This document shows, piece after piece, positions 1 through 9,024 of a stretch of 50,131 nucleotides of DNA; the stretch's first letter is position 1; each line of letters begins with the position of its first letter. Both the position numbers and the translations under genes were made by a program. This DNA is from Candidatus Woesebacteria bacterium (GTDB lineage: Bacteria > Patescibacteriota > Microgenomatia > UBA10105 > UBA927): the NCBI GenBank assembly GCA_044223895.1, contig JBGALL010000004.1, positions 1 to 50,131 of the forward strand, read 5' to 3'. Below the pieces are notes generated by a model, which worked only from the letters and a program-made list of their open reading frames with translations, had not been told where the DNA came from and did not search any database.

Positions 1-921
1 CTGAGTACTTTTTCCACTAAATTTCTGATGATTATTTAAATCGAAATTTGTACGGTAGGCCAGTCCATACAGTTCTTTCTGTCCAAATGGGAATTCAAAC
101 TCAAAATCGATAGTTCGTTTAGAATAATGAGCACGCTCTCCATCAGGAATATCGACTTCATGCACTTTGGATTCATCGATACCAGTTATTTGCATCCATT
201 TATGCATCTCTTGTCGCCATTCTTCAAATTTTTCTTGCCATTCTGTATCTTCTTTTGGTTCTTTGAAGAAGTATTCGATTTCCATTTGTTCAAATTCTCG
301 AGTACGGAATATAAAATTTCCCGGAGTGATTTCATTACGGAAAGCTTTTCCAATTTGGGCTATTCCAAACGGAGGAGCTTTGGCAGTAACTGTTTGTACG
401 TTAGGAAAATCGACAAACATTGCCTGAGCTGTTTCTGGTCGGAGATATACGGTATTACTTGAATCTTCTACTGGTCCGATAAATGTCCGGAACATAAGAT
501 TGAATTGTTTTGGACGATCCCAACTTTTCTTTTTACACTCAGGACAGGTAATATTTTGCTGCAAATATTCCTGACGATTAGCTTCATCTGTTCCGATTTC
601 TGTCAGTTGTTCAGCAGAGAGTAAGTGATCTACTCGAAAACGAGCATGACAATACTTACATTCAACCAGAGGATCTGTAAAATTAGCCACATGTCCTGAC
701 GCTTCCCAAACTTTGGGATTCATTATCAAAGCTGCATCGATACCAACCACATCTGTACGTCCATGAACAAAGGTTTTCCACCAGAGTTGTTTAATATTAT
801 TTTTTAACTCTACTCCAACTGGTCCATAGTCCCAAGAGTTAGCTAATCCTCCATAAATCTCTGATCCAGGGAAGATAAATCCTCGGCGTTTACATAATGC
901 AACGATAGTTTCGATAGTCAT
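1..921 (-). CDS. glyQS: Glycine--tRNA ligase, alpha2 type (3' end runs off the window)
   Basis: Not in the ORF track. Manual translation from ATG at 921 gives MTIETIVALCKRRGFIFPGSEIYGGLANSWDYGPVGVELKNNIKQLWW...VWEASGH...F TDPLV. An AGGAGG Shine-Dalgarno lies just upstream, and a Gly T-box precedes it. Confidence 0.96.
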   Translation of the reverse strand, partial: MTIETIVALCKRRGFIFPGSEIYGGLANSWDYGPVGVELKNNIKQLWWKTFVHGRTDVVGIDAALIMNPKVWEASGHVANFTDPLVECKYCHARFRVDHLLSAEQLTEIGTDEANRQEYLQQNITCPECKKKSWDRPKQFNLMFRTFIGPVEDSSNTVYLRPETAQAMFVDFPNVQTVTAKAPPFGIAQIGKAFRNEITPGNFIFRTREFEQMEIEYFFKEPKEDTEWQEKFEEWRQEMHKWMQITGIDESKVHEVDIPDGERAHYSKRTIDFEFEFPFGQKELYGLAYRTNFDLNNHQKFSGKSTQ

Positions 922-938
922 ATTTCCTCCTTTTTGCC

Positions 939-975
939 AAAAAAAAAGCCCTACCACAATATTTTTGTGATAGGG
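939..975 (-). terminator. Intrinsic terminator/attenuator of the T-box leader
   Basis: CCCUAUCACAA-AAAUA-UUGUGGUAGGG 11-bp stem followed by C and U9. It shares CCCU with the antiterminator. Confidence 0.9.
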
Positions 976-1080
976 ATCCCGACTAAGTCGAGACGGTTCC
1001 ACCCTACTTCCACATACCATTTGGTACATGGCCGCTTCGTTAAATGCACTCCCTCATGCCATTGAGATCAACGTGTAGTG
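939..1080 (-). ncRNA. T-box riboswitch leader (Gly, GGC specifier), transcriptional type, ultra-short Stem I
   Basis: Antiterminator AGGG-UGGAACC-GUCUCGA-CUUAG-UCGGGAU-CCCU (1005-972). K-turn Stem I CAC-GUU-GA-UCUCA-AUGGCA-UGAGG-GA-GUG (1075-1047). Stem III-like hairpin at 1033-1010. A competing terminator overlaps the antiterminator. Confidence 0.9.
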
Positions 1081-1085
1081 TACTA

Positions 1086-1114
1086 AGTGTAAAGAATATG
1101 GAAGGTTGTGTCAA
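1086..1114 (-). promoter_or_regulatory. sigma70-type promoter for the T-box/glyQS transcript
   Basis: TTGACA (1114-1109), 17-nt spacer, TACACT (1091-1086). Predicted TSS ~1080, just before Stem I. Confidence 0.8.
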
Positions 1115-1131
1115 GAAATATCCCGAACCAC

Positions 1132-1848
1132 CTACAATTTTTCAATTAATATAGCTCCTGGATTGAGAGGTAATATTTGATTTCCAACTGCATATTCATC
1201 ATGTAATTTCCATTCTGGTGATTTTCTCAACTTTAATTCTTGAACGTCTAATGCTCTTCTTCGTTCCAGAACAACTTCATTACTTGTTTCATTACCCATT
1301 ATACGTATTAATGATTGCCTTATAAAGGTGTTTTCTCTCTGTTCCAGAGATCTATCTCCCCTATAGATGCCTTGAGATGCAAGCAGACTCAATAATTTTG
1401 CTCTTTCTAATTCTGGAGTTATTGAGTGATATGTTGCAGCAGAATTTTCATAAATAAAATCAAATTTTTGTGTCACTTCTGGCATCGTGAGTAAATCATT
1501 AATCGAACCTACTAAAAAATTTATTGAAGAAGGTTCATTAGGTTTGAACTTCAAATTCAAACAATATAATTCAAGTTTTTTATCTTGTATCTCTTTTTGG
1601 AAAGCTTTTTCCAATTTATACCATGTAGAAGATTGCATACTTCCAACATCGATCATTCTTAGGGGAGATTTTCTGATTAACTTAGTGTGGTTTTTAATAT
1701 ATTCCGCTAAAATTATCTCATCTCCACGAAATTCAATACCATTAATAGTTTCTCCCATGTTTGATAACCCTTTTAAACTGCTAGTATATTCATATTTCCC
1801 CAAAGTGAACCCCCATGGTTCTACTGGTTGTTTTAGAACATCTTCCAT
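1132..1848 (-). CDS. Hypothetical protein, possibly a degenerate class I SAM methyltransferase fold
   Basis: 238-aa ORF. MIDVGS and KFDFIYEN loosely resemble SAM-MT motifs I and II. The start is uncertain because the frame is open to 1917. Confidence 0.5.
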   Translation of the reverse strand: MEDVLKQPVEPWGFTLGKYEYTSSLKGLSNMGETINGIEFRGDEIILAEYIKNHTKLIRKSPLRMIDVGSMQSSTWYKLEKAFQKEIQDKKLELYCLNLKFKPNEPSSINFLVGSINDLLTMPEVTQKFDFIYENSAATYHSITPELERAKLLSLLASQGIYRGDRSLEQRENTFIRQSLIRIMGNETSNEVVLERRRALDVQELKLRKSPEWKLHDEYAVGNQILPLNPGAILIEKL

Positions 1849-1906
1849 ATTGGTTTCCTGAAGCCGTTGACGGATAAGTTGATACGGTAAAGAAGAAATT
1901 TCTGAA

Positions 1907-2467
1907 TCAGGAGAGCTCTAACAGTTTCAAGGTTTTCAATCTTCGCTCGGTAATAGATTCGATATATTCATGAATAGAAGAGGCAGAGACACTTTGAGAT
2001 CTCGGTAAGAATCCTAAATGCCACAGAAGATCTAGGGCAAATTTGTAGACCTCCCCATGCCGTTCAGTTTCATCTTCGGCGTTACAAAGAGCCGACAAAC
2101 TTTCACAAATTCGTTCATAGATTTCAGGATGTTCTTGTTTTTCAGGTAGCAAGTAATCAGCTAACTCACAGACATAATAAGCAAAACTCGCCTTATTTAG
2201 GTTTGTACGAAATGGTTCATACTGATGGATAGCTGATGCCTCAGTAATGTAATCCAAACCTTTCCCCTCATAAAGAGTAAACCGTGCATTGGTGAATATT
2301 TCTAGATGCCCAGCGCGTTTACTAGAAATCTTACGAATTCCTTTGGCGATAGTTCGAACCTTTCCATATTCTTTGGTAAAGATAGTAATTAAACGATCGC
2401 TTTCACGATAGTTTTTCCGTTTTAAAATAATTCCTTGAGCTTTATAAACTTTTTGATGAGAACTCAT
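1907..2467 (-). CDS. recO: DNA repair protein RecO
   Basis: GIILKRKNYRESDRLITIFTKEYGKVRTIAKGIRKISSKRAGHLE is a RecO OB-fold. Start moved to MSSHQK (2467), 1 nt after the upstream stop. Confidence 0.93.
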   Translation of the reverse strand: MSSHQKVYKAQGIILKRKNYRESDRLITIFTKEYGKVRTIAKGIRKISSKRAGHLEIFTNARFTLYEGKGLDYITEASAIHQYEPFRTNLNKASFAYYVCELADYLLPEKQEHPEIYERICESLSALCNAEDETERHGEVYKFALDLLWHLGFLPRSQSVSASSIHEYIESITERRLKTLKLLELS

Positions 2468-2468
2468 A

Positions 2469-2909
2469 TTAAGAAAAATACATTTCAATACAATATGTTG
2501 CTATACCAGCAATTATACAGAAATATAACACATTAACTACCCAAGCCTTCATTACCGACAGCTGATTTTCTGGCGTATAAAAATTTCTCTCTTTCATCAT
2601 TTTCCATACCCAAGAGTTACTTCCCCATGCGTGACCTGCTATAAAAACGATTGTAATAAATAAATTGAATGGTTGTGGGAGTATAGACAAAATTTTATAC
2701 CAACAAACAAACCATAGTATTGAACCTAAGACAAATAACCAGGGAGAAGCTCTTAAAATATAAAATGCTGGACTCGCTTCATTGATCTTTTTATATCCTT
2801 TCGTCCAATAGTCTTTATGCTGTCCTACCAGAGTTACAACACCATCGATAACTGCAGGGAAAAAGAAAGCAAAAAAAAGAGGATTGTGAGAGATAATCGT
2901 AGTAATCAA
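2469..2909 (-). CDS. Hypothetical membrane protein (~4 TM)
   Basis: Hydrophobic ORF with a TTG start. It has a D..TL.G...NEASP pattern and abuts recO. Confidence 0.7.
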   Translation of the reverse strand: MITTIISHNPLFFAFFFPAVIDGVVTLVGQHKDYWTKGYKKINEASPAFYILRASPWLFVLGSILWFVCWYKILSILPQPFNLFITIVFIAGHAWGSNSWVWKMMKERNFYTPENQLSVMKAWVVNVLYFCIIAGIATYCIEMYFS

Positions 2910-2916
2910 TACACTT

Positions 2917-2978
2917 TGTCATCCTGAATGAAACGAAGCATCTGTAGTGTAGGATTCTTCACTTCGTTCAGAATGACA
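2917..2978. repeat. REP/RPE-like imperfect palindrome (TGTCAT.CTGA...TCAGAATGACA type)
   Basis: 62-nt intergenic inverted repeat. 21 of the first 26 positions match between the left arm and the reverse complement of the right arm. Confidence 0.75.
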
Positions 2979-3011
2979 TCATAAAAATTCAAAACATCAA
3001 AACAAAGAGTT

Positions 3012-5039
3012 TTACATTGATACTTCTATATCAGTCTGAAGTGGGAATTTCTTTTCTTTTCCATTAACTTTCAAGATAAAATCTTGTCCTTCGGTGCCAG
3101 GTTGTTTTTGGATTAAGACATTGTATGCACCACTTACTTTTACTGGTGAGGTATAGGTAAGTTCTAACTTAGCAATTCCCTGAGGATTTATGACATTAAA
3201 TCCTTCAAAAACTGTTTTGCCAAACGATTCATAAGTAATCATATCCTGAGGCTTACCATTACTTGGTGAAACAGTTCCCTTGGCTTCTTTCAAAGTACTT
3301 CCTTTGGGAACGTATATACGAACCCAGTTTCGTAATGGAGCATTCAGACATAAATTACCGTGTTCCAAATTACAATCCGATCCTGGGAAAGGATTCTTAT
3401 AATCTATGGTCAACTTTGTAGAGATCGTTCCATCAGTATTCGTCGTTACTTCTTTGGTATATTTAGCTTGAACGAACATATTAGATTTTTGTCCAGCCAT
3501 GTTTGCTTGGTTGATATGGAGATAATCCCAATCAGCCCCATCTTTATATTTTAAGACAGGTGCAGTATCTTCTCCTGTCATTATTCTTCCAGCCATATTA
3601 AAGGCTTCAACTGCTTTTTGAGATTCAGTGTCGGTAAAGTAAGCCAGAATATGCTTTTCGTTTATTTGGGCTAAGGCCATTTGGAATAACTGTCCCCAAT
3701 ATTTTGATGGTGATGTTCCCAAAGCCATTTGCATCATGGTTTGCATCAAGGTACCGATAATACCTTTTCGATCAGTACGGACATAATTAACTGGCTTTGA
3801 AGAATAATCTTCTAGTTCATAGACAGCTTTTGGACAATCACAACGTGGATCATTCACGGCACTAAATTCACGTCCAGAAACGTACATAGGACCTAATATT
3901 TTTAACACTTCTACCATTGCATGAGTATCCATGGCGATAATGCCATCAAGTTTTTCTGCACCAGAAACATTACCGTACATTTCCATGAATTGATCCATAG
4001 AAATTTTGAAATCAGGAGAAAGATTACTATCGCGGATATTCAACTGATTGACGTTTATGTGATAGGTCAAAATTTCTTTAGGAGCTGGATATTTTTTCTT
4101 TAATGCTGCATCGAGATTGTAGATATCATCTGATTTCTCTAAAATTGGTTTTCCATGAGCAAGACGAAATTGTCCATAAGCAGTAAGGAATCCGCCAGTA
4201 GGACGTAATTCTTTATCATTTTGGAAGAGAACCAAATATCTTTTTTCTGTAGGCTCACCAAGTATTTTGGGAAGATTCATTAACAGAGGTTGGGCATTTA
4301 CAAAAAGGTTAGCCGCATTTTCAACTGTTGCCTTTCCAGAGACTAACTGACTTCGAACTTTATATCCACGTAATTCTTCAGGATATCGATTCGGATCAAT
4401 AGCATCTATTTCCTTGCGTAAGGTATCGATATCTTTTGCCATAGCGTTTATTTGAGGAATAAGCGCCGTCATTGTTTTTACAGCGACTTGTAAACGATCG
4501 TCAGCAGAACCAGAAGTAAAGGTACTTTTACCTTTGAGCCCCAAAAGATCGGCATTGGGTTCTAAAGCGGCAATAGCTTTATCACCAGCATCTAAACCAG
4601 CAAAGGCTGCGTTTAAACCATGTTCTCCGTCAGACACATATAACCCTAGATAAGGAAGAGTTTTCAACCACAGGATATCTTGGTAGGTTGTTTTGAGATC
4701 TGTGAGACGAGATCGCATCTCACCAAGCTTTTTCTTACCTTCTTCAATATTTTGGGTTTTAATTGCCTGACTCAACTCTCTCCCCGTTTGAGCAGCTAGT
4801 TGTCCTTGCGCATATAATTTTTTCAGAGGAGTCCCAACTTTTATATATGCAAATGCGCCTAATCCTCCTACCAAGAGGACAAGAACAACAATGATTATTA
4901 ACAGACTTTTAATTATTTTTCCTGCTTTCGAGTGCTGTTTATGTGCCATAGGTAATTCTTCTCCTGTTTCTAAATTAATTTTTTTAAACTCCTGATCTAC
5001 GGATTCTGAAGGTAGTTTGTGATCTATTTTATGAACCAT
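3012..5039 (-). CDS. DUF4012-like membrane-anchored extracytoplasmic protein
   Basis: Single N-terminal TM and helical stalk. RYLVLFQNDKELRPTGGF, RDSNLSPDF, DGIIAMD and WVRIYVPKGS motifs. Confidence 0.85.
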   Translation of the reverse strand: MVHKIDHKLPSESVDQEFKKINLETGEELPMAHKQHSKAGKIIKSLLIIIVVLVLLVGGLGAFAYIKVGTPLKKLYAQGQLAAQTGRELSQAIKTQNIEEGKKKLGEMRSRLTDLKTTYQDILWLKTLPYLGLYVSDGEHGLNAAFAGLDAGDKAIAALEPNADLLGLKGKSTFTSGSADDRLQVAVKTMTALIPQINAMAKDIDTLRKEIDAIDPNRYPEELRGYKVRSQLVSGKATVENAANLFVNAQPLLMNLPKILGEPTEKRYLVLFQNDKELRPTGGFLTAYGQFRLAHGKPILEKSDDIYNLDAALKKKYPAPKEILTYHINVNQLNIRDSNLSPDFKISMDQFMEMYGNVSGAEKLDGIIAMDTHAMVEVLKILGPMYVSGREFSAVNDPRCDCPKAVYELEDYSSKPVNYVRTDRKGIIGTLMQTMMQMALGTSPSKYWGQLFQMALAQINEKHILAYFTDTESQKAVEAFNMAGRIMTGEDTAPVLKYKDGADWDYLHINQANMAGQKSNMFVQAKYTKEVTTNTDGTISTKLTIDYKNPFPGSDCNLEHGNLCLNAPLRNWVRIYVPKGSTLKEAKGTVSPSNGKPQDMITYESFGKTVFEGFNVINPQGIAKLELTYTSPVKVSGAYNVLIQKQPGTEGQDFILKVNGKEKKFPLQTDIEVSM

Positions 5040-5076
5040 AGTAGCTATTTTTTCATGAAAATGAGTTTGTTGTCAA

Positions 5077-5715
5077 TTAAACGGCTCCTTTTCCTGAAAT
5101 CATAGCCCATGGACTTTTGAATAATATAATGACATCTAGGATGATCGACTTTTTTCTCACATAATCTGCATCCATTTTAATACGCTTGTCAAAGTTGACC
5201 TCACTTCTCCCAGAAACTTGCCAATATCCCGTCATCCCTGGCTTGGCAGATAACACAATTTTGACTAATTCCTTCGTTTGGGGGAATTTTTTTTGTTGTT
5301 CTGTTAATTCGTCAGGATAGTAAGGTCGTGGACCTACTAAACTCATCTCTCCTCGTAAAACATTGATCAACTGAGGAATTTCATCAACTGAATGCTTTCG
5401 AATAAACCTTCCTACTTTGGTTACTCTGGGATCATTCATTAATTTGTAACTATTGTGCTTATATTCATGATATAGCTTGGCCATTTTGGGATCATTACGT
5501 AGCATTTCATGAGAGTTGGCCACCATTGATCGAAATTTAAACAATTTGAACAAGCGACCATACCTCCCTACGCGTTTGGGTGTATCAGCAAAAACTGGTC
5601 CTGGACTATCTGTCGCAATAGCAAAGGCAGTTACTAAACAAATAGGCAGAAAGAAGATAATTAATATAAGACTTCCCAGGACATCAATAATTCGTTTGAA
5701 AATGGCATAAACCAT
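5077..5715 (-). CDS. Priming sugar transferase (small monotopic phosphoglycosyltransferase, Bac_transf)
   Basis: KRIIDV, FKFRSM, DPRVT, SVDEIPQLINVLRGEMSLVGPRP and KPGMTGYWQV motifs. Confidence 0.95.
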   Translation of the reverse strand: MVYAIFKRIIDVLGSLILIIFFLPICLVTAFAIATDSPGPVFADTPKRVGRYGRLFKLFKFRSMVANSHEMLRNDPKMAKLYHEYKHNSYKLMNDPRVTKVGRFIRKHSVDEIPQLINVLRGEMSLVGPRPYYPDELTEQQKKFPQTKELVKIVLSAKPGMTGYWQVSGRSEVNFDKRIKMDADYVRKKSIILDVIILFKSPWAMISGKGAV

Positions 5716-5723
5716 AAATTTTG

Positions 5724-6806
5724 TTAAGTCAGACCGTCATGTTCTGTACCTGCCATATTTTCCACTAACTTTTTTATTTTGGAAACTGACGTTTTTTTAC
5801 ATACCATGAGTACATCTCCAGTATTAACTATGAGGAAATCCTCCACGTCAATACTCACTACAAGTTGATCAGTATAATTGTACACAAGTGAATCTTTCGT
5901 ATCTGTCAGTAAAACTTTTCCTTGAGTAACATTATGATCTTGAGACTCTTGGAGTGCCTCTTTTAAGGCTTCCCATGCTCCAATGTCACTCCATTCTATA
6001 TTTTCTGAAATTACCAAGCCGGAACTGTTATCTAATTTTTCTAAAATAGCATTGTCAAAATGAATTTTTTCTACTTGCGGATAGATCGATTTCAAGAGTT
6101 CTGGATATTTACCAGTTTGCCAACTATTGGCTATCTTGCCTAAATCAGCAAACAAGTTCGGAGCATACATTTCGTATAATTTCCACAAAAACCTTGGGGT
6201 GGTAACAAAATACCCTAAATTCCAGGCATGATGCCCACTCGCAAAGTATTGTTCAGCAGTTTGCCTATCAGGTCGGTACTGAAAATTTACTAATGAATGA
6301 AGAGAAATACCATTAACATTGAGCAATTCTTTACCGTATTCTATCCAGCCAAGATTTTCACTAGGAAAACGAGGTTTTTGAGATATAAAGACTATTTTTT
6401 CTGGATTTTTTTTCACAACATCGCCTGCTGTTTTTAGTAATTTTCTAAATAATTGATCATTTTTGACTAAATGATCACTCCACAATATAGCCATTGGTTC
6501 ATCTGGTGATTCTTGATTTAAGAGAGCAGAAACTAACCCGACTGCTGGACCGACATCTCTCATAGCAGGTTCACCAATGACATGATGCGGGTCTAATTCT
6601 TTCAGCTGATCAACAACCATCGGTACATATTGCTCACTAGTAGCAACATATATATCTGACCATTTAAATTCTGGAATGAGTCTATCTACTGCTAACTGTA
6701 AGGTAGATTTATCGCCGATAATTTTTTCAAATTGTTTAGGTGATTTTTTTCTCGACAATGGCCATAAACGTGTACCTTGTCCGCCTGCAAAGATTATGCA
6801 TTTCAT
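5724..6806 (-). CDS. manC: Mannose-1-phosphate guanylyltransferase
   Basis: AGGQGTRLWPLSRKKSPKQF, EPAMRD, SDH and WSDIGAW motifs. Confidence 0.88.
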   Translation of the reverse strand: MKCIIFAGGQGTRLWPLSRKKSPKQFEKIIGDKSTLQLAVDRLIPEFKWSDIYVATSEQYVPMVVDQLKELDPHHVIGEPAMRDVGPAVGLVSALLNQESPDEPMAILWSDHLVKNDQLFRKLLKTAGDVVKKNPEKIVFISQKPRFPSENLGWIEYGKELLNVNGISLHSLVNFQYRPDRQTAEQYFASGHHAWNLGYFVTTPRFLWKLYEMYAPNLFADLGKIANSWQTGKYPELLKSIYPQVEKIHFDNAILEKLDNSSGLVISENIEWSDIGAWEALKEALQESQDHNVTQGKVLLTDTKDSLVYNYTDQLVVSIDVEDFLIVNTGDVLMVCKKTSVSKIKKLVENMAGTEHDGLT

Positions 6807-7927
6807 AAAGAATAATTTTTTACTTTCTTTTCAACAAAGTTTTTAATCTTCTGTTGAAAGACAGTATAGGAAAATTGTAAAGCCTGGGAACGACATTGAG
6901 AAGCATCAAAACTTTTTGTCTCAAACCATCGTATTGCTTCCATTATAACTCTAACCGACTGATCTTCAAAAAGAACACCAGTTTTCTCTGTCACAATATC
7001 TTCAACACCGCTATTTTTATATGCAATAACAGGCTTCCCACAAGATTGAGCTTCAGCGGCTACAATTCCAAAATCTTCTTCTGCTGCATATAAAAAAGCA
7101 ATGCAATGTTGATAATACTCAGCTAATCTCTCATCTGTCAATTTTTCATTGACAAAATAGATAGTATTCCCAGCAATTGAACGAAGATATGATAATTCGT
7201 GCCCATTCCCAACCACAACTAGCGGTCTTTTGAGAGTATTGCAGGCTTTAATAAGCAAATCCAAACGTTTGTAACTAACAAATCGAGAAACGACTAAATA
7301 ATATTCTGAAGGGAGATAACTGGGGCGTTTCTCCTTTGCTGGAACGAATATTTCAGTATGTACTGGTGGATGAATAATATCCGAAACTTCCCGTTCGTAA
7401 TATTCTTCAATTCTTCTCTTTACCAAGTTAGAAATAGCAATATAAAAGTCTGGACGTGCTGAAGAAATTTTATCCCAATGTCTTAAGGTCGGCAAAAAGG
7501 TAGTTAAGACGCCAGAGGCAATACTACCGAAATTTCCTAAGCCAGGATGGTTTTTATATTGTTCATACCCGCTCCATAGATAACGAGTTGGGGTAAGACA
7601 ATAACAAATATGACAGGTATCTGGTTTGGTTATCACCGATTTCGCTTCAGCAGAAGTTACCGACAAGACGCAATCATACCCATCAAAAGAGAATGATTCA
7701 AATGCAGAAGGGGCAAGCCACGGATACAGCTCATGGTGTCTACTCGCAAATGGCAAGCTATTAGCAAATGATGCCTTTACTTCAAATCGATCTGCCCAAG
7801 AAGCATCTGTTTTACTATAAAAAGCTGTAAATAGTGGCGCAGACTTCCAAACTTCATGCATCCCCAGTAATACCTGCTCTGCACCCCCAAATTTATTTAC
7901 CCTATCGTATACCAGTGCTAGTTTCAT
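6803..7927 (-). CDS. GT4 glycosyltransferase (WbaZ-like mannosyltransferase family)
   Basis: GGAEQVL, CYCLTPTRYLW and EEDFGIVAAEAQSCGKPVI motifs. Confidence 0.92.
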   Translation of the reverse strand: MKLALVYDRVNKFGGAEQVLLGMHEVWKSAPLFTAFYSKTDASWADRFEVKASFANSLPFASRHHELYPWLAPSAFESFSFDGYDCVLSVTSAEAKSVITKPDTCHICYCLTPTRYLWSGYEQYKNHPGLGNFGSIASGVLTTFLPTLRHWDKISSARPDFYIAISNLVKRRIEEYYEREVSDIIHPPVHTEIFVPAKEKRPSYLPSEYYLVVSRFVSYKRLDLLIKACNTLKRPLVVVGNGHELSYLRSIAGNTIYFVNEKLTDERLAEYYQHCIAFLYAAEEDFGIVAAEAQSCGKPVIAYKNSGVEDIVTEKTGVLFEDQSVRVIMEAIRWFETKSFDASQCRSQALQFSYTVFQQKIKNFVEKKVKNYSL

Positions 7928-9023
7928 ATATTTCTTTTGTTCTGACAGCCAACTTTTTCCAGGAAAATTTCTTTAAGAACATGTCTATGTCATTTGACGA
8001 AATTTCTTTTATACCGTTAAGCCATGACTGCTCCATTGCTGTAGACCAATCATTCAGGTTGTGTTTAATATAATTAGCTTTGTTTTCTAGCAGTTCGTGA
8101 AATACCGGGATATCTGATACCAATAGTTGACAATGCTGTGAGAGCGCTTCTAAAGAAGGCAAGCCAAACCCCTCACTTAATGAGGGGAATACTAAGGCAA
8201 TTGCGTGTTGATATAACCCGCATAATTCAGCATCAGTTACACGATCCCGGAAGACTATATATTCGCTCAGGCTCCTTTCATCAACTAAATGATGTAATTT
8301 CTCATAGAAAAAGTCATTTTTGCCAACAAAAATTAATTTGGGAATATTCTTTATGCCTTTACTTCGTTGAATGTTTAGAAAATTCGCATAACTCTCAAGC
8401 AGAAACTCTGCTTGTTTATGAGGATATACATTTCCAACATATAAAAAGTAATCATAGGTCACTGGTGAAGGTATGGGAGTCATCTTTTCAAAAACAGGAT
8501 CAATACCTTCATAGGTAACTACAATCTTTTCTTCGGCTACCTTTAAATAATTCTGAATGTCTTGTTTGACACTTTCAGAAACAGTAATTATCGAAGAAGC
8601 TTTTTTTACTCCCAGAGTAAGAATAATTTGATAGGCAAGCCATTTCAAAAAGTAAAGAGGATATGGCAAGGTGGTAGATTTACCTGTTCGGAAATGCAAA
8701 ATAGTAATGTCATGAATAGTAACGATAACTTTACCAGGATATAAGAGAGGAATGGTAAAATACGGAACGTGAAGTAAATCTAGTTTTTCCCGTTTGAAAA
8801 TCAAAGGTAAAATAATCTGTTCACGTAATGTATGCCAGTGGACAGAAACTAATCGTTTTTGCCAGCGTTCGTTTGGCAGTGAAAAAGAATCATAGACTTT
8901 CGGGGGCAGGAAAATAAGGTATTCATTCTGGTCATCTATTTCCGAAAGATAACGTAGTAAATTACGAATATATCTCCCTACACCGGTCTCTTGGATGAGT
9001 CGAGCATCTATACCAATTTTCAT
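7902..9023 (-). CDS. GT4 glycosyltransferase
   Basis: MKIGIDAR, TIHD and VFPSLSEGFGLPSLEA motifs. Confidence 0.93.
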   Translation of the reverse strand: MKIGIDARLIQETGVGRYIRNLLRYLSEIDDQNEYLIFLPPKVYDSFSLPNERWQKRLVSVHWHTLREQIILPLIFKREKLDLLHVPYFTIPLLYPGKVIVTIHDITILHFRTGKSTTLPYPLYFLKWLAYQIILTLGVKKASSIITVSESVKQDIQNYLKVAEEKIVVTYEGIDPVFEKMTPIPSPVTYDYFLYVGNVYPHKQAEFLLESYANFLNIQRSKGIKNIPKLIFVGKNDFFYEKLHHLVDERSLSEYIVFRDRVTDAELCGLYQHAIALVFPSLSEGFGLPSLEALSQHCQLLVSDIPVFHELLENKANYIKHNLNDWSTAMEQSWLNGIKEISSNDIDMFLKKFSWKKLAVRTKEIYETSTGIR

Positions 9024-9024
9024 A

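Noticed and set aside
127-462. Plus-strand ORFs of 111 aa and 86 aa
   Set aside because: Antisense shadows of glyQS.
2968-2982. Mini-ORF ATG ATG TCA TTC TGA on the minus strand as a leader peptide
   Set aside because: It is a by-product of the palindrome arm, with no attenuator logic.
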